A stretch of 64,000 nucleotides of DNA from Octopus vulgaris. Taxonomy: Eukaryota. The stretch is taken from NCBI GenBank assembly GCA_951406725.2, contig OX597815.1, positions 147,064,001-147,128,000 on the forward strand, in the 5' to 3' direction. Below are positions 25,840 through 40,680 of the stretch, piece after piece (positions within the stretch are counted from its first letter, which is position 1; each line of letters opens with the position of its first letter). The notes under the pieces were generated by a model. The model did no database searches. It worked only from the letters and a program-made list of their open reading frames with translations, and was not told the origin of the DNA. A program made the translations under genes and the position numbers.

Positions 25840-26455
25840 TTTATTAATATTATTATTTTTATTATTATCCACGTGCACCAATTTATTTAGGTGTTTGATT
25901 GTAACCCTAGTTCACTTTGCCTTTTCAGCCTATAAAATCTATAAAACTCTGTAAAGATTTTGAATATTGCTGTTTTTGGCATTGTCCCCATGAAATGTAT
26001 TTCAAATCACCACAGTTCTGTATCTTATATTTCGTCATCAGTAACAACATTTCAATGCGTAATTCAATGCATCGCTGCATTCACAATGTTAGCGTGACAA
26101 TAGGATTTTCTGTGCAACGGATGCGACAGCTATACAAAACTGAATTCTTTTCTAAGCAACGTTTCACGTTTTCTCATCGTTCACTGAAACACACATATGT
26201 TTTTTTGTCTATGCACATGCATATAGAAATAATAAACAAATACATATATATAACTATAAATATATATATATACATATATATATACATATACAAACATACA
26301 CACACACACATATATATATACACACATACAAATACAAATATATACATATACAAATATAAATATATACATAAGCAAATGTGAATATCTACATATACAAATA
26401 TATATATATATATATATACACATATATATATATACATATATATATATATACATAT

Positions 26456-26516
<61 letters not shown>

Positions 26517-26517
26517 C

Positions 26518-26563
<46 letters not shown>

Positions 26564-26632
26564 GATGGTCTGTCAGAAGAATAGGGAGACCTATGCAATG
26601 TGGATGTGGATATCTTCAAGAAAGTAACTAAA

Positions 26633-27040
26633 CAGGAGTGGCTGTGTGGTAAGTAGCTTGCTTACCCGTCACATGGCTCCGGCTTCAGTCCCACCGTGAG
26701 GCATCTTGGGCAAGTGTCTTCTGCTATAGCCCCGGTCCGACCAATGCCTTGTGAATGGATTTGGTAGACGGAAACTGAAAGAAGCCTGTCGTATATATGT
26801 ATGTATATATGTGTATGTCTGTGTATATGTTTGTGTGTCTGTGTTTGTCCCCCTAGCATTGCTTGAAAACCGATGCTGGTGTGTTTACGTCTCCGTCACT
26901 TAGCGTTTAAGCAAAAAGAGACCGATAGAATTAGTACTGGGCTTACAAAGAATAAGTCCCGGGGTCGATTTGCTCGACCGTGCTCCAGCATGACCGCAGT
27001 CAATTGACTGAAACATGTAAAAGAGTAAAAGAGTAAGAGT
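26633..27040 (+). mobile_element. tRNA-derived SINE (main family)
   Basis: Colinear with 10189-10567. Confidence 0.9.
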
Positions 27041-27299
27041 ACACGTTGTCTTATCCACCATACCTGATGGACTGACATCTCGCCATAAAGTATAGATATA
27101 ATCTTTCAAAGTTCCTCATGCGAAAATAGAGCCAATAGCAGGGACAAAAGCACGTATAAGAATGATGCTATCAAATCCCGCCACCCAGAAAACAATAACA
27201 TAAGAGGACTCTGCAAAACTTACGAAGTTTGGACGCATGTAAATCTATCTATCTATATATATAATAAATACTTTTTCCTCTCCCTGTGTGTGGGTTATT

Positions 27300-27440
27300 T
27301 CGAATATTTTGTTTTGTCCGGGAGTCTCTTCTTTTAGTAGAAGAAATAGCTAAGGTTCTTTGACTGCTATTTCTAAACTTCGGTATGTGGTAAAGCAAAT
27401 CTTTGCTGAACCTTAATTATAATTATATTCGTAATTATAA

Positions 27441-27450
<10 letters not shown>
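27300..27450 (+). repeat. Diverged relative of the family B terminus next to (TA)n
   Basis: ctgctatttctaaacttcggtatgtggtaaagcaaat resembles ctgctatttctaatgagttcagtatgtggcaaagtaat at about 3087. Confidence 0.6.
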
Positions 27451-27476
<26 letters not shown>

Positions 27477-28655
27477 TATTTATCGCGATGAATCTATCAT
27501 CGTCTTTTAATAGGAAGTTTTTCCATACATTTTTAATGTCATAGATTTCTAATGTCACTCCCTCGTACGTTATTTACGAAGTTATGAAAGTATGTAAAGA
27601 AATAATGAATGTAAGACTTAATTTATGAAACAAATTTCAATAAATTTCATCATATAAATAAAATGATGCAGATTTGATGTTAAAAGGGATTATCCCCAGC
27701 CAAATGTCTCTGACAAAAAGACCAAGGCTTCCATAAAGAGAACATCATAAAGGTCGAATTCGTACTCTTCAGTAGGTAAGAAAAAATAAAAATGAACAAA
27801 AATACGTCAAAAATATACCTAGAATTTTTTCTTAGTTATTATTTAGGTATTTGTATATTCTTTCTTCCACTCACGATTATTTGGAACGAGACTAAAATAT
27901 TAAAGGAGTAGGATGTTTAAATATCTAATATTTAATTTTTTGTTTCCTTGCTATGAAATCAAATATATTTCTCTATATAGAAAAAAACTCCCTAAAGAAA
28001 ATACTGGTCCAGATGTATGTGTGTGTATGTTCAGAAATACCAAATATGGAGCAATATGCTATTTCAAATTCATATTTAAAAATGTGTTGGCCGACATCTG
28101 TCATTTCTACTATGTTTTTAAGTAAATAGGAAGTTAGTACTAGCACGTGAGCTTGATTAATAGTTTATATCGTTTTTCATTTAAGCATTTTATAAAAGTC
28201 AATAATCAATACACGATATACATATTACGTGTCGCATTAATTATTTAAGAACAGATAGATAAATGTTTAAAAATGAACCTTAGGAAATACGTATATACTC
28301 GATTAAAGATGTATTTAAAGGGGACCACTTACGCGATTGTCGTAAAATATAATAAGGTATATTTCGTATTGAAGAACATTTTTTAAAAATGATTATTTCC
28401 TCGATATATTTAGCTTATGGCGAAAAAATCGTTATGTTTTACCTGAAGAGGAAATTTTAAAAAACATATGGTATATAATTATAAGCAAGGCAGGGGAGAT
28501 AACACTTGAAGAACCATATTTAATAGCTACATTTTTCTTCTATATGAATACGTACATATACATATACTTATTTCTATACGAAAAAAAAAACAAAGCGAGT
28601 ACGATAAAACTTACTCGAGAAACACTATATGTCTATTTCGTGTTCTAATAATGTA

Positions 28656-28698
<43 letters not shown>

Positions 28699-28839
28699 GA
28701 TACGCATACACGTACATATACAACTATATTAACATATAATTGTTTAGCCAAAGGAATTATGATTCATACGGTTTTATCTGAGTCTACCTTATTCATACTT
28801 TCATTTTTTGTCACAATATCGTTGTTTCATTACTAATTT

Positions 28840-29220
28840 ATTATTGAGTGAGAGAGCAGTGCATGCCATCAAGGTGACACTGGGGTAAAATATACAAAGC
28901 CCAGTATACCCGTCTGATAAGGGTACACTAGGCACATACATCACAACCATATGTGCGTGACATGGGGATTTCGTATCAAGATAAACAGTACATGACCTTG
29001 CAGATGGGGTCCAGTTTGAATTTTTTCTGGTCGAGTAACCCATCCCGCTCAATAGGTCTCTGAATAAGGGTTGTTTAAGGATATTGAACGAACCACCCAT
29101 GTTTCCAAATGTGAATTATCCAAACCCGCAGGAATTACTTTCAACTATGGTGTTCCCCCCACTACTTCTGCTCGTGATCAGAGATGCGCATATCGTCAGC
29201 CACTAAGGGACATACATGTT
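28840..29220 (-). mobile_element. Non-coding retroposon family with (TAA)n tail
   Basis: 3' end ..gcactgctctctcactcaataat; further copies at 25390-25720 and 50679-50775. Confidence 0.65.
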
Positions 29221-30222
29221 ATGTTTGTAATGACGACCATACTGAAGACCTACGGACAAATTGTGTAAGTAAAATTATGCGGTGTCTACAAAGTGAAATT
29301 TGAATGCCACATTCAGTGAAGTTTTTTTATTTCAATGCATCATTTCTTTTGTTAAACTTTTGTTGTTTTTTAATCATATTCAATTGATTTAGACAGGAAC
29401 TTCGGATAAATGTATTTTCTTCGATCTGAACTCTGTTTCAGCAATGATTTCATCAAAACCAATTCAGCTATGTCCTTATTGTCGATTATTCCGATATCTA
29501 GAACTACATTAGACAATGCAGCTGTCCCTTTAGAAAAGGGCATGGTGCTATTTGTTGGCTATCTAATTGATATTTCAAGTAGATACATTGAAATATATGG
29601 AAACTTTCGCTCAAAAATTCATACACGCATATGTACAATAAACTGAAACGTTTCAGCTGAAGCAGATAAACTGTACAATTGTAACATCGTTTTTATGAAG
29701 TTTGTAGCATTGTAAGCATTTTAAAACATTTATTTAGTCTTATTGTGGTAACAATTTAGTATTGAACGTAGTTAACTATCGATAATGTTGTAATTTGAAA
29801 GTATTAGTATGTAAATTGAATATACTTGTAAACATAGTCACATTTATGTTTTACATATGTCTATTAAAACAATAAATGTATACACGTTATATAAAAATAA
29901 CAACTAAAGATGTATCAAAGTGAGATTAATTTGTAAAATATAATATTAATTTATAGAATCTTGGTAACATTAATGACGAACGTGATATTTCAAGCATCAG
30001 CTCGCAAAGTAAATCTCAAAGAGATGAGTTATGCATGGGCAAATGAAGTATAATGTTTATTACAGGATTAAGGTTAAGTTAAATTAAAAACATTTGTGGT
30101 GTTCAAATAAGAAGATTTATTGGTGAATAAAAAGTGGTAGTTAAATCAAAAGTTGGAAGAATAATCTTGTTGTAACCTACACTCAAACATGTGCATACGC
30201 ACATACACATGCACACATAGAT

Positions 30223-30304
<82 letters not shown>

Positions 30305-30340
30305 TTACGCTCAAACATATGCATACGCACAGACAGACAC

Positions 30341-30406
<66 letters not shown>

Positions 30407-31181
30407 GCACAGATAAATAGAAGCACAGATAAATAGATGCATAAACACGTACTCAGACGCGCACATTCATATGCAAAGCATGTTAAAGAAATATAAAGTA
30501 TACGATTTTCAATTGAATGCTTTATGCATCGTAATATACCGAATTCCATAATTTATTTATTGAGATTATTTCTATGAGTTATAATTAATTTCGAGAGAGT
30601 GCTACTTCGTAATCAAAAGTATTCTAGACTTTGTTTATAACACTTAGAGTGATAAAACACTTAAAGTGATAAAAACGCACATACAGACATATTTACTGAT
30701 AAATGTTCACATATTAAACTTTATAAACGTGTAAACATTTGAGAAAAGCAGTTACCAATGTGTTTATAATTTTCTGATTATTTAACTTAGATATTGCGAA
30801 AATACTTCTTTACATTTACACGTTGTTTCATATCTATATGCTACTTTCATCGGCTGCCTCAGTATTGGATGCGTACATAATAGATTCACAGCGTCGAACA
30901 GAGAACACTTGATATAGTAACGCAAGTATCGACAAGGTCATGAAGCTCGTAGTAAAAATGGATAATATCTAATTATTATCTTTATTTTTGGTATTTAATC
31001 TAAATTAAAATCTGCTCGAGTATGTCTAAGATCAAAGTTATTCCAAGGATGGTATCATGTTCACTTTTCATGCCTAATAGATGCAGAAATACATCACAAA
31101 AACCGGACATGCGTTTTAGGAAACCACTATTTGCGACTTAATTTAACAGCTATTTCTATCTGTTCAAATGTCTATGTAGAG

Positions 31182-31398
31182 CAGAGGTTCCCAACCGCAT
31201 CTTCAAGGTTTGCATTCGGCCCTCAAGCATCCCTATGGCGGTCCTCGAACGTCTTCCCTCTATAGATATAATCAATTTGTCTTCCCTCTATAGATATAAT
31301 CAATTGACTTGTGTTTTACTTTTTTGGTGAGGGCTCTCTAAAACAAAATAGTCAAGGTTTTGGATGTGGCCGGGCATAAAAACTATTGAGAACTACTG
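31182..31398. mobile_element. hAT-like MITE
   Basis: TIRs cagaggttcccaac / attgagaactactg; 8-bp target duplication atgtagag / atgtagaa; internal tandem duplication of tcttccctctatagatataatcaatt. Confidence 0.75.
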
Positions 31399-32559
31399 AT
31401 GTAGAACATTCTTTGGCATGTAATAAACAACTGGATAAATTGATATGCATTGGCTCAAAGCATGGAGAATCGAAAATAATGCTTTGAAGGGTACATGCCA
31501 TGCTTTAAATAGTAGATCTAATTGAATTGGAGAAAATCTCATGAGCTCAGTCTCTCTCAGTGATTAGCATTTATGTTTTCCATCAACAATTTTTATTTTT
31601 CATCAGCTGTTCTTATTTTCCATCAATTGTTCTTTTTTATTAACTTCGTTAATTTTATGCATGGTTGTTTAAGCAATTCACAATTTCATTCACACCTATC
31701 CGAATATTTTGGACGAATCATAGGATGTTGGGCCTATGAATTAACCGCCAAAAGAATCGGAATGACCGCAGCGGTCGTTTGTCTGTTGTAGCCATTTTAA
31801 ATATAAAATCATTTAATTTAAATAAAACTTAAATCAATTTAAAGCAATTCAAGTCAAATTTAAATCAATCAATATTATATCCTGAACTTCTTATCCCAAG
31901 ATTTTTGATTACACAAAATGGTGAGAGCAAGCCTCAATCTAGACGCGAATTTACTAAAATGCTGGCTGAAGGGCGTCTTGGAGACGAAGAATCTGAAGAA
32001 AGAGGAGAAAACGTAAACCACGAGAATTTTGCGGCATCTTCCCGAAAAAAGAGAAGAGAAAAAAGAGTAGAATTAGCTGTCACAAATGTCAGTTTTGTGC
32101 TTCAACTGTGTAAATTAATTTTTTGAATGCTTTGCATATATTTTTCTATGAAAATTTGACTTAGACGAGTGTAGTCACCTTCATGTGCTTATGTAACTGT
32201 CTCTCATGTTTTCTAGAGTAAACAAAGGTTTTTTACACAAATTCATCCACATGGTTGAGGTCGACGCCAGGTTAAATAAAACTTTACCTGTCAATGACTT
32301 CAATGACGCCACAGGGTAAGATGGAACCGTAGTACTTATGAATCCAAAGCGAATTCCTTCAAATTTTAGCACCTCTGTAGTGATAGTGGAAAAATATAAC
32401 GACAGAAATGATAATCTAAAAAAGACAACAACGTAACATATCAAAAATTACGGAAGAACGAATACTATAAGAAATATGATACAATATTTTAACTTATAAT
32501 TAAGACACATAATTATTACTCATTGTGTAATGATATAGGTATAGAATTATGGTTACGAA

Positions 32560-32870
32560 GATCGTTTTGTAACCACTTTCTACTGCGCGGTGCCGTAAGC
32601 TTGTGCTTCTTCTATAGCTCATCAATGACCAATTGTTTGGGATTGAATCTAATTGACGGAAACTGTGTGGAACTTTTATATATGTGTGTCTATGTGCTTT
32701 TGTGTTTATGTTTGTTCCATCCCACATCGCTTGCCAACCGCTGTTCATTTGTTTAATCTCCATAATATAGCGGTTTCGCAAAAAAAGAAAAGAGCGATAA
32801 AATAAGAACCAGAATTTTTAAAAAATAAGTAACGGGGTCGAATTGTTCGATTAAACCCATAAAAGAAGTA
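32560..32870 (+). mobile_element. Heavily decayed main-family SINE
   Basis: cttctctatagctc..gaccaa..gacggaaactgtgtggaa..ggggtcgaattgttcgattaaa. Confidence 0.55.
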
Positions 32871-33020
32871 CCTCATCCAATAAATGCTGTAACACCACCA
32901 GATTTGTGATGAACCAACTCTAAATTTACAGTCATCCATCTGCGAGAAAAATAATTATTATCATGATATAAACCCAATATGTTTCAAGATATGGTGGCAT
33001 CATACTTTTGTCATGAAATA

Positions 33021-33162
33021 TAAGGTTGTCCCAAAAAGTTCGTAGAAAGTCTTGGAAAATAATGGTCTTTATTTTGAGGAATAATTTTTGTTGTTTTTGT
33101 TAGTACTTGGCGAGTAAAAATTCAATTTTCGCAAGTGTTTACGAACTTTTGGGACAACCTAA
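33021..33162. mobile_element. Mariner-type MITE
   Basis: TIRs taaggttgtcccaaaaagttcgta / tacgaacttttgggacaacctaa, with TA on both sides. Confidence 0.85.
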
Positions 33163-33832
33163 TAATTTATCTTTGTTGAAGTTCTACTCTTTCTAGTTTC
33201 ATTATATCCCTATAGACAGCAAGCAGATACATGCTTTTGTTTCCTATTTTATATAAATTAAAACTCATTAATTAGTTTAGAACTTAAAGAAAACTTTAAT
33301 ACGTTGTTTCAATTTATGTTATAATTACAAGAAATAAGTTGTTATTTTGTGGAGGCTATTTTCTATTATTTATGTTTTTGTGATGTCTTCTTTTCTGGTT
33401 TTCCCTGGTGTTGTCGATGTTGCGGTGTCCAGCCATGCTGTATTCGTAGCAAATCTCTCCGAGGAGAAACAAGAATTCAGATGGATATGAATAAGTTCTT
33501 GAATGTTTCTTTTTTCTTTTCAATGTATTTAATGAAGAGAATAAGCAGTTATTCAAGAAAGTTGACAGTATTCTTCGCAAATGAATAATCTCCCAATTCA
33601 TGCATGCAATTGTTGACGCCGAATGTCTGTCTGTTTTTGATGCATTTATTCCAGCCTGTATGTCTGCATGTGTGCATCTATGTAAGCATGCATGTTTGTA
33701 CGTAGATGATTTGGCAGCTATATTGTATGTATATATCTATATATATTCATACATACACATATAAGCTTTATATATATATATAGGTGTGTGTGTGTGTGTG
33801 TTTGTGCGCGTGTATGTTTAATGTATACATAC

Positions 33833-33874
<42 letters not shown>

Positions 33875-34304
33875 CTTAGAAACATACCAGTATGATATCC
33901 GTAAAGAAAAGGCATTCATATTCACATGTATATATATGCTTGTGCAAATATACATACATAAATACATGCACACACACCCATATGTACGTCTTTAAATACA
34001 TAATATACTGATATACCCACAAAAGTATGTTTATGCGTGCATTTATACCAAAAAGTGACTCTCCTGTTTGATCTGAGTGTAGATAAAATGTATTGAATAT
34101 ATTATGGTGTCACTCACAACGTTTCTATTCTCAAAAGCAGCTAGGGTTGCTTTATCAGTGCACATTGCTTGTGCAAATTCACTTCGTTTTCAAATCCTAC
34201 AAGCTACATCATATCCATTTTTTATCCTAAGTTGTTGCTCAGAATCAGTAGACATCCGAATGTTATACATTGCAGTATACAAGTTCATATTCTATGTTCA
34301 AATA

Positions 34305-34537
34305 TATATTTCTTTATTGCACACAGGCTGTTAAACATAGAGGGGATAAACAAGGAGAGAAAAAAGAATTAAGCCGATTACATCGACCCCAGTGCTTAAC
34401 TGGTACTTATTTATCGATCCCGAAAGGATGAAAAGCAAAGTCGACATCGGCGGAACACAAACACAGAGCGTACCGGCACAGAAATACTGCTAAGCATTTC
34501 GTCCAGCGTGCTAACAATTGTACTAACTTGCCGCCCT
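34305..34537 (-). mobile_element. SINE (family of 57396-57624)
   Basis: Reverse complement is colinear with 57396-57624. Confidence 0.8.
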
Positions 34538-36374
34538 TACCATGTTCAACTATTTTCATAATTATATTTGGCTCTAATCATTCTTGGGTTAATAAAATAA
34601 ATTACTATCCAATTTCGAAGTGCCATTTCATGGACTAACCTCACCGAATAGTTGACTTTCTATGATAATTGCTATAATTATTTCTTCAGTTACTTAACTT
34701 TCTGATATCCATGTTCACATATTTCAAACCATCCTCTTGCTTTTCATAAAAATTTATACTGAATGCGGTTATTCACACAAAACAAGGTTTAGTTAGTAAT
34801 CCACGGACAATTCTATTTCCAGGTACTACTAAACCTTTTGGAGGTGACCATTACAATCGAAACTATGTATTGGAAAACTGGAACTCCACACCGTAACCAA
34901 GCCAATAGGCTCTAAATTATACAGATACTATTTGTTCTGTATAATAATATTCAACGGCAAGTTTCAATTCATTTGGCTGTGTCACTTGCAAGTTATTTAC
35001 CCTGGGGTCATTTACCATTGTGCAGTTTCAATACCATGATATTAACCAGCGATCTCGAAACTGTTTTCCCAGTTCTCGATTAATTTGGTGAACGGCATTC
35101 TTTTCTAATTTTTATCAATAGCAGGCCTGAAGTTACTCGGTCTTGTCTCCAGAGTATAAAATATATTCAAAGTTGTTTTTTTTTGCTGCTATCTTTTATC
35201 CTTTTCCAGACTGAGGCTGTGGTCATACTGGAGAACAACGCCAAGGCTGAGATTTGTAATCTGTTTCATGTATACGCCCAATTTTCGTGAATGTTTTTGG
35301 TATTGGTAGATGAGTTGCTTATCGCTGCCTTTAATTGTGATCAAAATTCAAAATATAATTCTCTGTAGAGAACACATGTATGATTCACACCAGATTCAAA
35401 CATTGTTTTCATGGACTTCATTAATTTATAGAAATAAGATATAAATTAGATCATATCTATGTCGCTTTCTAATAAGCTTCAGTCTCCTAGGTATTGATGT
35501 AGCGTGTCTTGTGGCTCAGATTTACCATTGAGTAATTAAAAGAGAAAATTCTTTTTAACTGACTTCTACCGTGATTATTGATACTGACTGTCAGGGGATA
35601 GTTAGGTCACATGTGCCACTGCAACGGCAGAACATACTTCTAGTCATACATAGAGCATATGTTGCACTCAGTACAAAACATTCACAAGCAGATTGATAGT
35701 CTCCCTTAACATTTTGCAATAAACTACAACATTCGGTGAAATAACCACAGAGACTCAATGATTAATACTGCAGTACATATATATCTCTAATAAATATCAG
35801 AATTATTGAGATAATGGAGAAACCTCTTGATGATCTGTTAGAAACAACTGACACATCCTTCTCAAATTGTGCCTTAATGCAGTAGGGTTTTGATAGTGAA
35901 CCATTTAAAATCGATGTATCAAACCTTTAAATTAATTTTCACTTCCTTGAATACATGTATTTATATTTTAATCGGGTTTTCATTTCATGGTATTTTAGTA
36001 TTTAAATTTTTAGGTAAATGCTTATGAATAAAAGTTTCCTAACATGATTCCACAGGAAAGATACTTCCACAGGTTCATCTTCACTAGCTTAAGGAAATTC
36101 AAAATTCAGTCTGAAAATGACAAAAATCGACTAGGATGATCAAAGATTATTGCCCTCTTGATATTCCCGTTCAGCGATTAACAGATATTAAGTAGTAACA
36201 GAAGAACAATACCCACAAGTTAGGTACTATCGACACTAAGTCTGATTATCCGATAGTTTATTCACATTTAAATAAAAATTATAAAAATTTCTTTTGTCTG
36301 TTTTACCTTACGGTGATGACACGTGATTCATTTCGTGAAAACACTGTTTTATTCAGAAATGGCAAAAGCCGTCT

Positions 36375-36555
36375 CCTATTAATACACAGAACACATCTTA
36401 TAAGTCTTATATTACTCGAAGAAGCACTTACAATTCTTACGTTAATACAAAAATCTCTTACACGTCTTATATTACCACAGGAATCTTTTACAAGTCTTAT
36501 ATAATACTTCCAGAAACTTTTATGATTCTTATTTTACTACAAGAAGCGCTTAGAT
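36375..36555. repeat. Degenerate 30-bp minisatellite, about 6 units
   Basis: Approximate consensus cttatattactacaggaatctcttacaagt. Confidence 0.7.
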
Positions 36556-39004
36556 TTCTCGTCAGTGAATTAGAATCTGTTACGTTTTGAAACCGTGTTG
36601 GATTATAAATTTCCTACGTTAGATTATAAGGAACATATAACGCAATGTTTTCCTGAGCTGGTGCAGAGAAGGAGAAAATAATTATTTAGGTATTTAATCC
36701 GACGTGCTATACAGCCTTTTGTATTGTACGAAATAATTGTAAAACTCATAATAATATCATCAAACAATGGTTGCAGAAAAGGAGGAAGAACTTCAACAGA
36801 AGACGAAGAAGAATTTCATTGATGTCCGTATTAAAAGTGTTTGCTGAAACAGCAATACCTAAACTTGGATTTATTTTTAGTGTCTTTTAATATCTAGTGA
36901 AGATTTACATATTAGGTGATTAGGTGATTCCCTGTCTAATATGTTGGTAGCATGAATCATTTTTTTTTTCAGCTGTTAGTCGATATTTAATATATAAAAT
37001 TAAATTAAATCTGTCTGTGAAAGAATAATGTATTTTAGAAATTACTCTTTCGTCTTATTTATGACACTTTTATGTAGAAGTCGATTTTGACAAGTTATTA
37101 ATAATAGATTACATTGCTTCGATTATCTCGATCGACAATCTAACATTTAAAAAAAGATAATATATATATATATATATATATATTCACACACACACAAAAT
37201 ATTCTTTTGGCCTCTGCATTTATGCAAAATTACTCGTTGTAAAACATTTTAATCAATCCCAAATTAAAACTGGAGAAGAAAAAAAAATGAAAAATATAAA
37301 ATATATATGAAAAAGAATTGTTTAAAGATTTTTAAAAATATAATAAAGGAAAACCAGGACTTGATTTCAAGATAGGGGGAAATTATATGGCTTTGAAAAA
37401 TTAATTATTTACAGACAAGTAATGGAACGTTGTAGTAAATGGAAGTAATGGTATTTTCATACAACCAGACAATAAGATAAAACAAAATAAAATAAAATTC
37501 ATTTTTTTTTATCATTGCAAGGTGTTTATATTAATTTTCCTATGGTTTCGTACTTAATTAAGAGTCGTGCCCGAGTAAACAATATGTATAACAGCATTAA
37601 TATGGGAATGATAACAGGGACATACGAGTAATGATTATATTCTATTATCAAGTAGACAATCTAGCTTCCTATATTCACAGTTAATAGCAGTAAAGAATAC
37701 AGGCTCATACGCACTCCCATATATATATTAATGCAGTAGACACACAATGATACATACATACATACATAAGTACGTATTTATACACACACATGGTGAAACA
37801 GATAAACCTCCGACATTTTACACAGCCATTACTGTATACACACACAAAGGCACACACACACAGGCACACTCACACATACAAACACACACACATTGACGTA
37901 CACACACACACACATGTTTGTGTGTATGCAAATATTCAGGAATAAACAGGAAATAACAGTATACGTACACACACACGTGTTGGTAGATACATCTTCAGAT
38001 AGATATTGAAGCGGTGACTTATAGATATTTTGCACAAATGGCATAAGTAATTGAAGGAGATGTGTACACATTTGATATTTGTGAGAACAATGGAACGATA
38101 CTTGCATGATTGGTTGAGGTTTAGAAGAACTCCTTCAGGATTTAGCCGAACGGAATAAAGTAGGTTTACGAATGGAGACTGTATCTTTAATAAGACATTT
38201 ATATAATGAGCTTAATTAATTGGCTCAGTATCTAACGGATAATTTACATCAGGTTTGTTTCCAACTAATAAGCATTCCACCATTGTTTCGAAGTAGCTGT
38301 CGTATTTCTTATATGATTTTACAGAAATATACCTTCCCGAAAGCAAATACGTACACATGCACAAGTGCTCTCACAAAAATATGCGCTTACACACACCTGT
38401 TCGTATGTAGATCTGCAGAAGTCACAGGGATGTAGGAAGTAATTACACTTGACTTAGTCTAAATAAAGAACATTTCTAATCATATTGTTAATCATATTAT
38501 TTTGGAATTAGACATGGTTAGAAGGGTACATCTACATACTCACAAACAGACACGCGCACACTTACATATATAGAAAACACAATAGGAGGAACGGCTTATA
38601 AGGCATTTTGTAACATATTACGTACATTTCATTAACATATAGTAATTATTAGTTAAATAATGCGAACTACATAATCAGTACTTATTGCCCAGTCGTCAAA
38701 CGTGTAACATTCATGTGTTGCAACACCTTAACTCAGGATCCATAATGTATTTACTTAGCTCAAACTAGTGCCATCGATGCAGAGATTATTTCTATATATA
38801 ACATTTAACGCAAAATTACTATTTGAAGCTTCACGTTTGTCTTCATATTATTGGCCAAAAGAAAGACACTCTAAAGAATAGAACAATATTTTTACAATAA
38901 AATTTTATATTTTATTTTATTTTTATTTTATTTTATCTAGTTTCAGCTCACAAGCCGTGGCCATGCTGGGGCACCGCCATTTGGTGTTGCTACATGATTT
39001 TACT

Positions 39005-40235
39005 TCACGAATGCTTTTTAGCAATTGCCATTTGGTGCATGAGAGAGTTCGATGCAGCTGCCCTCATCTGCACCTCCTGCCGTGAAGTTGGTTCATCTGG
39101 GACACCTGACAAGAAGAGATCCAGTTTTATTTTAAAGACATCTGCATCCATCCCATGCAGGTCTCTTAGGTTCTTTGGGAGGATATTGAAGAGCTGTGGG
39201 CCTCGGAAGCCCAGGTTATAACAGTATTTTGTCCTACATCTTGATGGCAAATTTGGAGTCCTTGGCACTATGCAGTGGCGCCCAGTTCTGACATTTATGT
39301 AACTCTCGATGCCAAAGTTTGGGACAAGTCCTTCTAGGATCTTCCAGATGTATATTATGGCATATCTTTCTCGCCTACGCTCTAAGGAATAGAGTCTCAA
39401 TCTCTTGAGTCTTTCCCAATAGCTTATATGCTGCACAGAGGCTATCTTCTTCGTGTAGCTTCGTTGGATCGCCTCAAGTTCTGTGATTAACTTGACACTG
39501 GATGGTGACCATAGCTGAGAGCAATAGTCAAAGTGGCTTAGGAGAAGTGTCCTCCAGAGGACCATCATGGTTACCTGGTCTCTTGCTCTAAAAGTTCTAT
39601 CCATCTATCCGGTCAGCCGCCTACATTTCATTGCCAATTTAGCAACATGCACATGAAAGATTGCATCATCACTCATGTAAATACCCAGGTCTCGCACTGA
39701 TTGTGCCTCTGGGATTGCAATCCCTCCAGGTCCTGTGTATTTATTGGATATTGCATTTAGTTTTGCATGCTGATAGCATAGAGCTTGAAACTTTTCAGCA
39801 TTGAACTGTATGCTATTCTTTTCAGCCCACTTGTATATTTTGTCCAGCTCACATTACAGGTGCTTAGTGTCTTCAGGGTTCTGTATTGCCTGTGAAACTT
39901 TTGTATCATCTGCATAACTTGTGATCGTGGCTCTCTGCGTGGCTGAGGGCATGTCTGAGATGTCCATTATGAACAGAAGTGGTCCCAAAAGTTCCCTGCG
40001 GAACACCGCTCGCTATTTGCGTGTTAATGGCTAAAACCACCTGACTTCTATCCTTCAGAACGTCATGAAGCCATTCTCCCAATGTTCCAACTATGCCAAG
40101 ATCACGCAGTTTGTGACATATCATTCCATGATCGTCTTTATCAAAGGCCTTTGCAAAGTCGAGATATATGACTTCCACATTTGAGTGGTTGAGCAGTCGT
40201 TTCAGCACCCAGTCATAGTGTTGTAGGAGCTGAGT
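39005..40235 (-). pseudogene. LINE ORF2 reverse transcriptase and C-terminus (frameshifted; RT N-terminus deleted near 40235)
   Basis: CLTQLL..VIYLDFAKAFDK..HG; SGVPQG; SYADDT at about 39902-39919; HFDYCSQLWSP..LEAIQR..YWERLKRLRLYSLERRRER. Confidence 0.92.
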
Positions 40236-40680
40236 TAAGCATTCACTCCTGTGAGTGTGCCATCCTTTTCAAGGAGTGGCCCTATCCTACGGTGCATCGT
40301 AGCTGTTTCTTTGGCATACCTGTAGAAAGCTCTGGGATTAGATTTTATGTTGTCTATAGCCCAGGCTTCTTTGTCTGCTCTTTCTTTTTCATCGGAGAGT
40401 TGCAGACATTTTTCAATTTCCAACAGTTTTATTTTCAGGCGGGAATTTTCACTGCTTTCAATTTGTTTGTTTAGGCGATTTGAAATTTTGTACGCCGTCT
40501 CATTAGAATTTTCATCTCTCTAGGGATTTTGCTTTTGTGTACTGTGGCCGTTCTCTCTGGGACACATTTGTAGCATATAGCTTGCATTACAGACATGAAT
40601 TGTTGAAGTTTCATGTGGATGTCTGGCGAGGAGAGACATTCAGGCCAGTTTTGTTTGAGGATCTCTTTCTCAATTTGTTT

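Noticed and set aside
28438-28475. ctgaaga in an AT-rich segment
   Set aside because: GAAA box and stems not recoverable
30815-30856. Minus-strand CCGAUGA..GAAA
   Set aside because: No stem I and no UH triplet
33349-33601. Possible host exon
   Set aside because: No recognisable protein similarity or convincing splice pair
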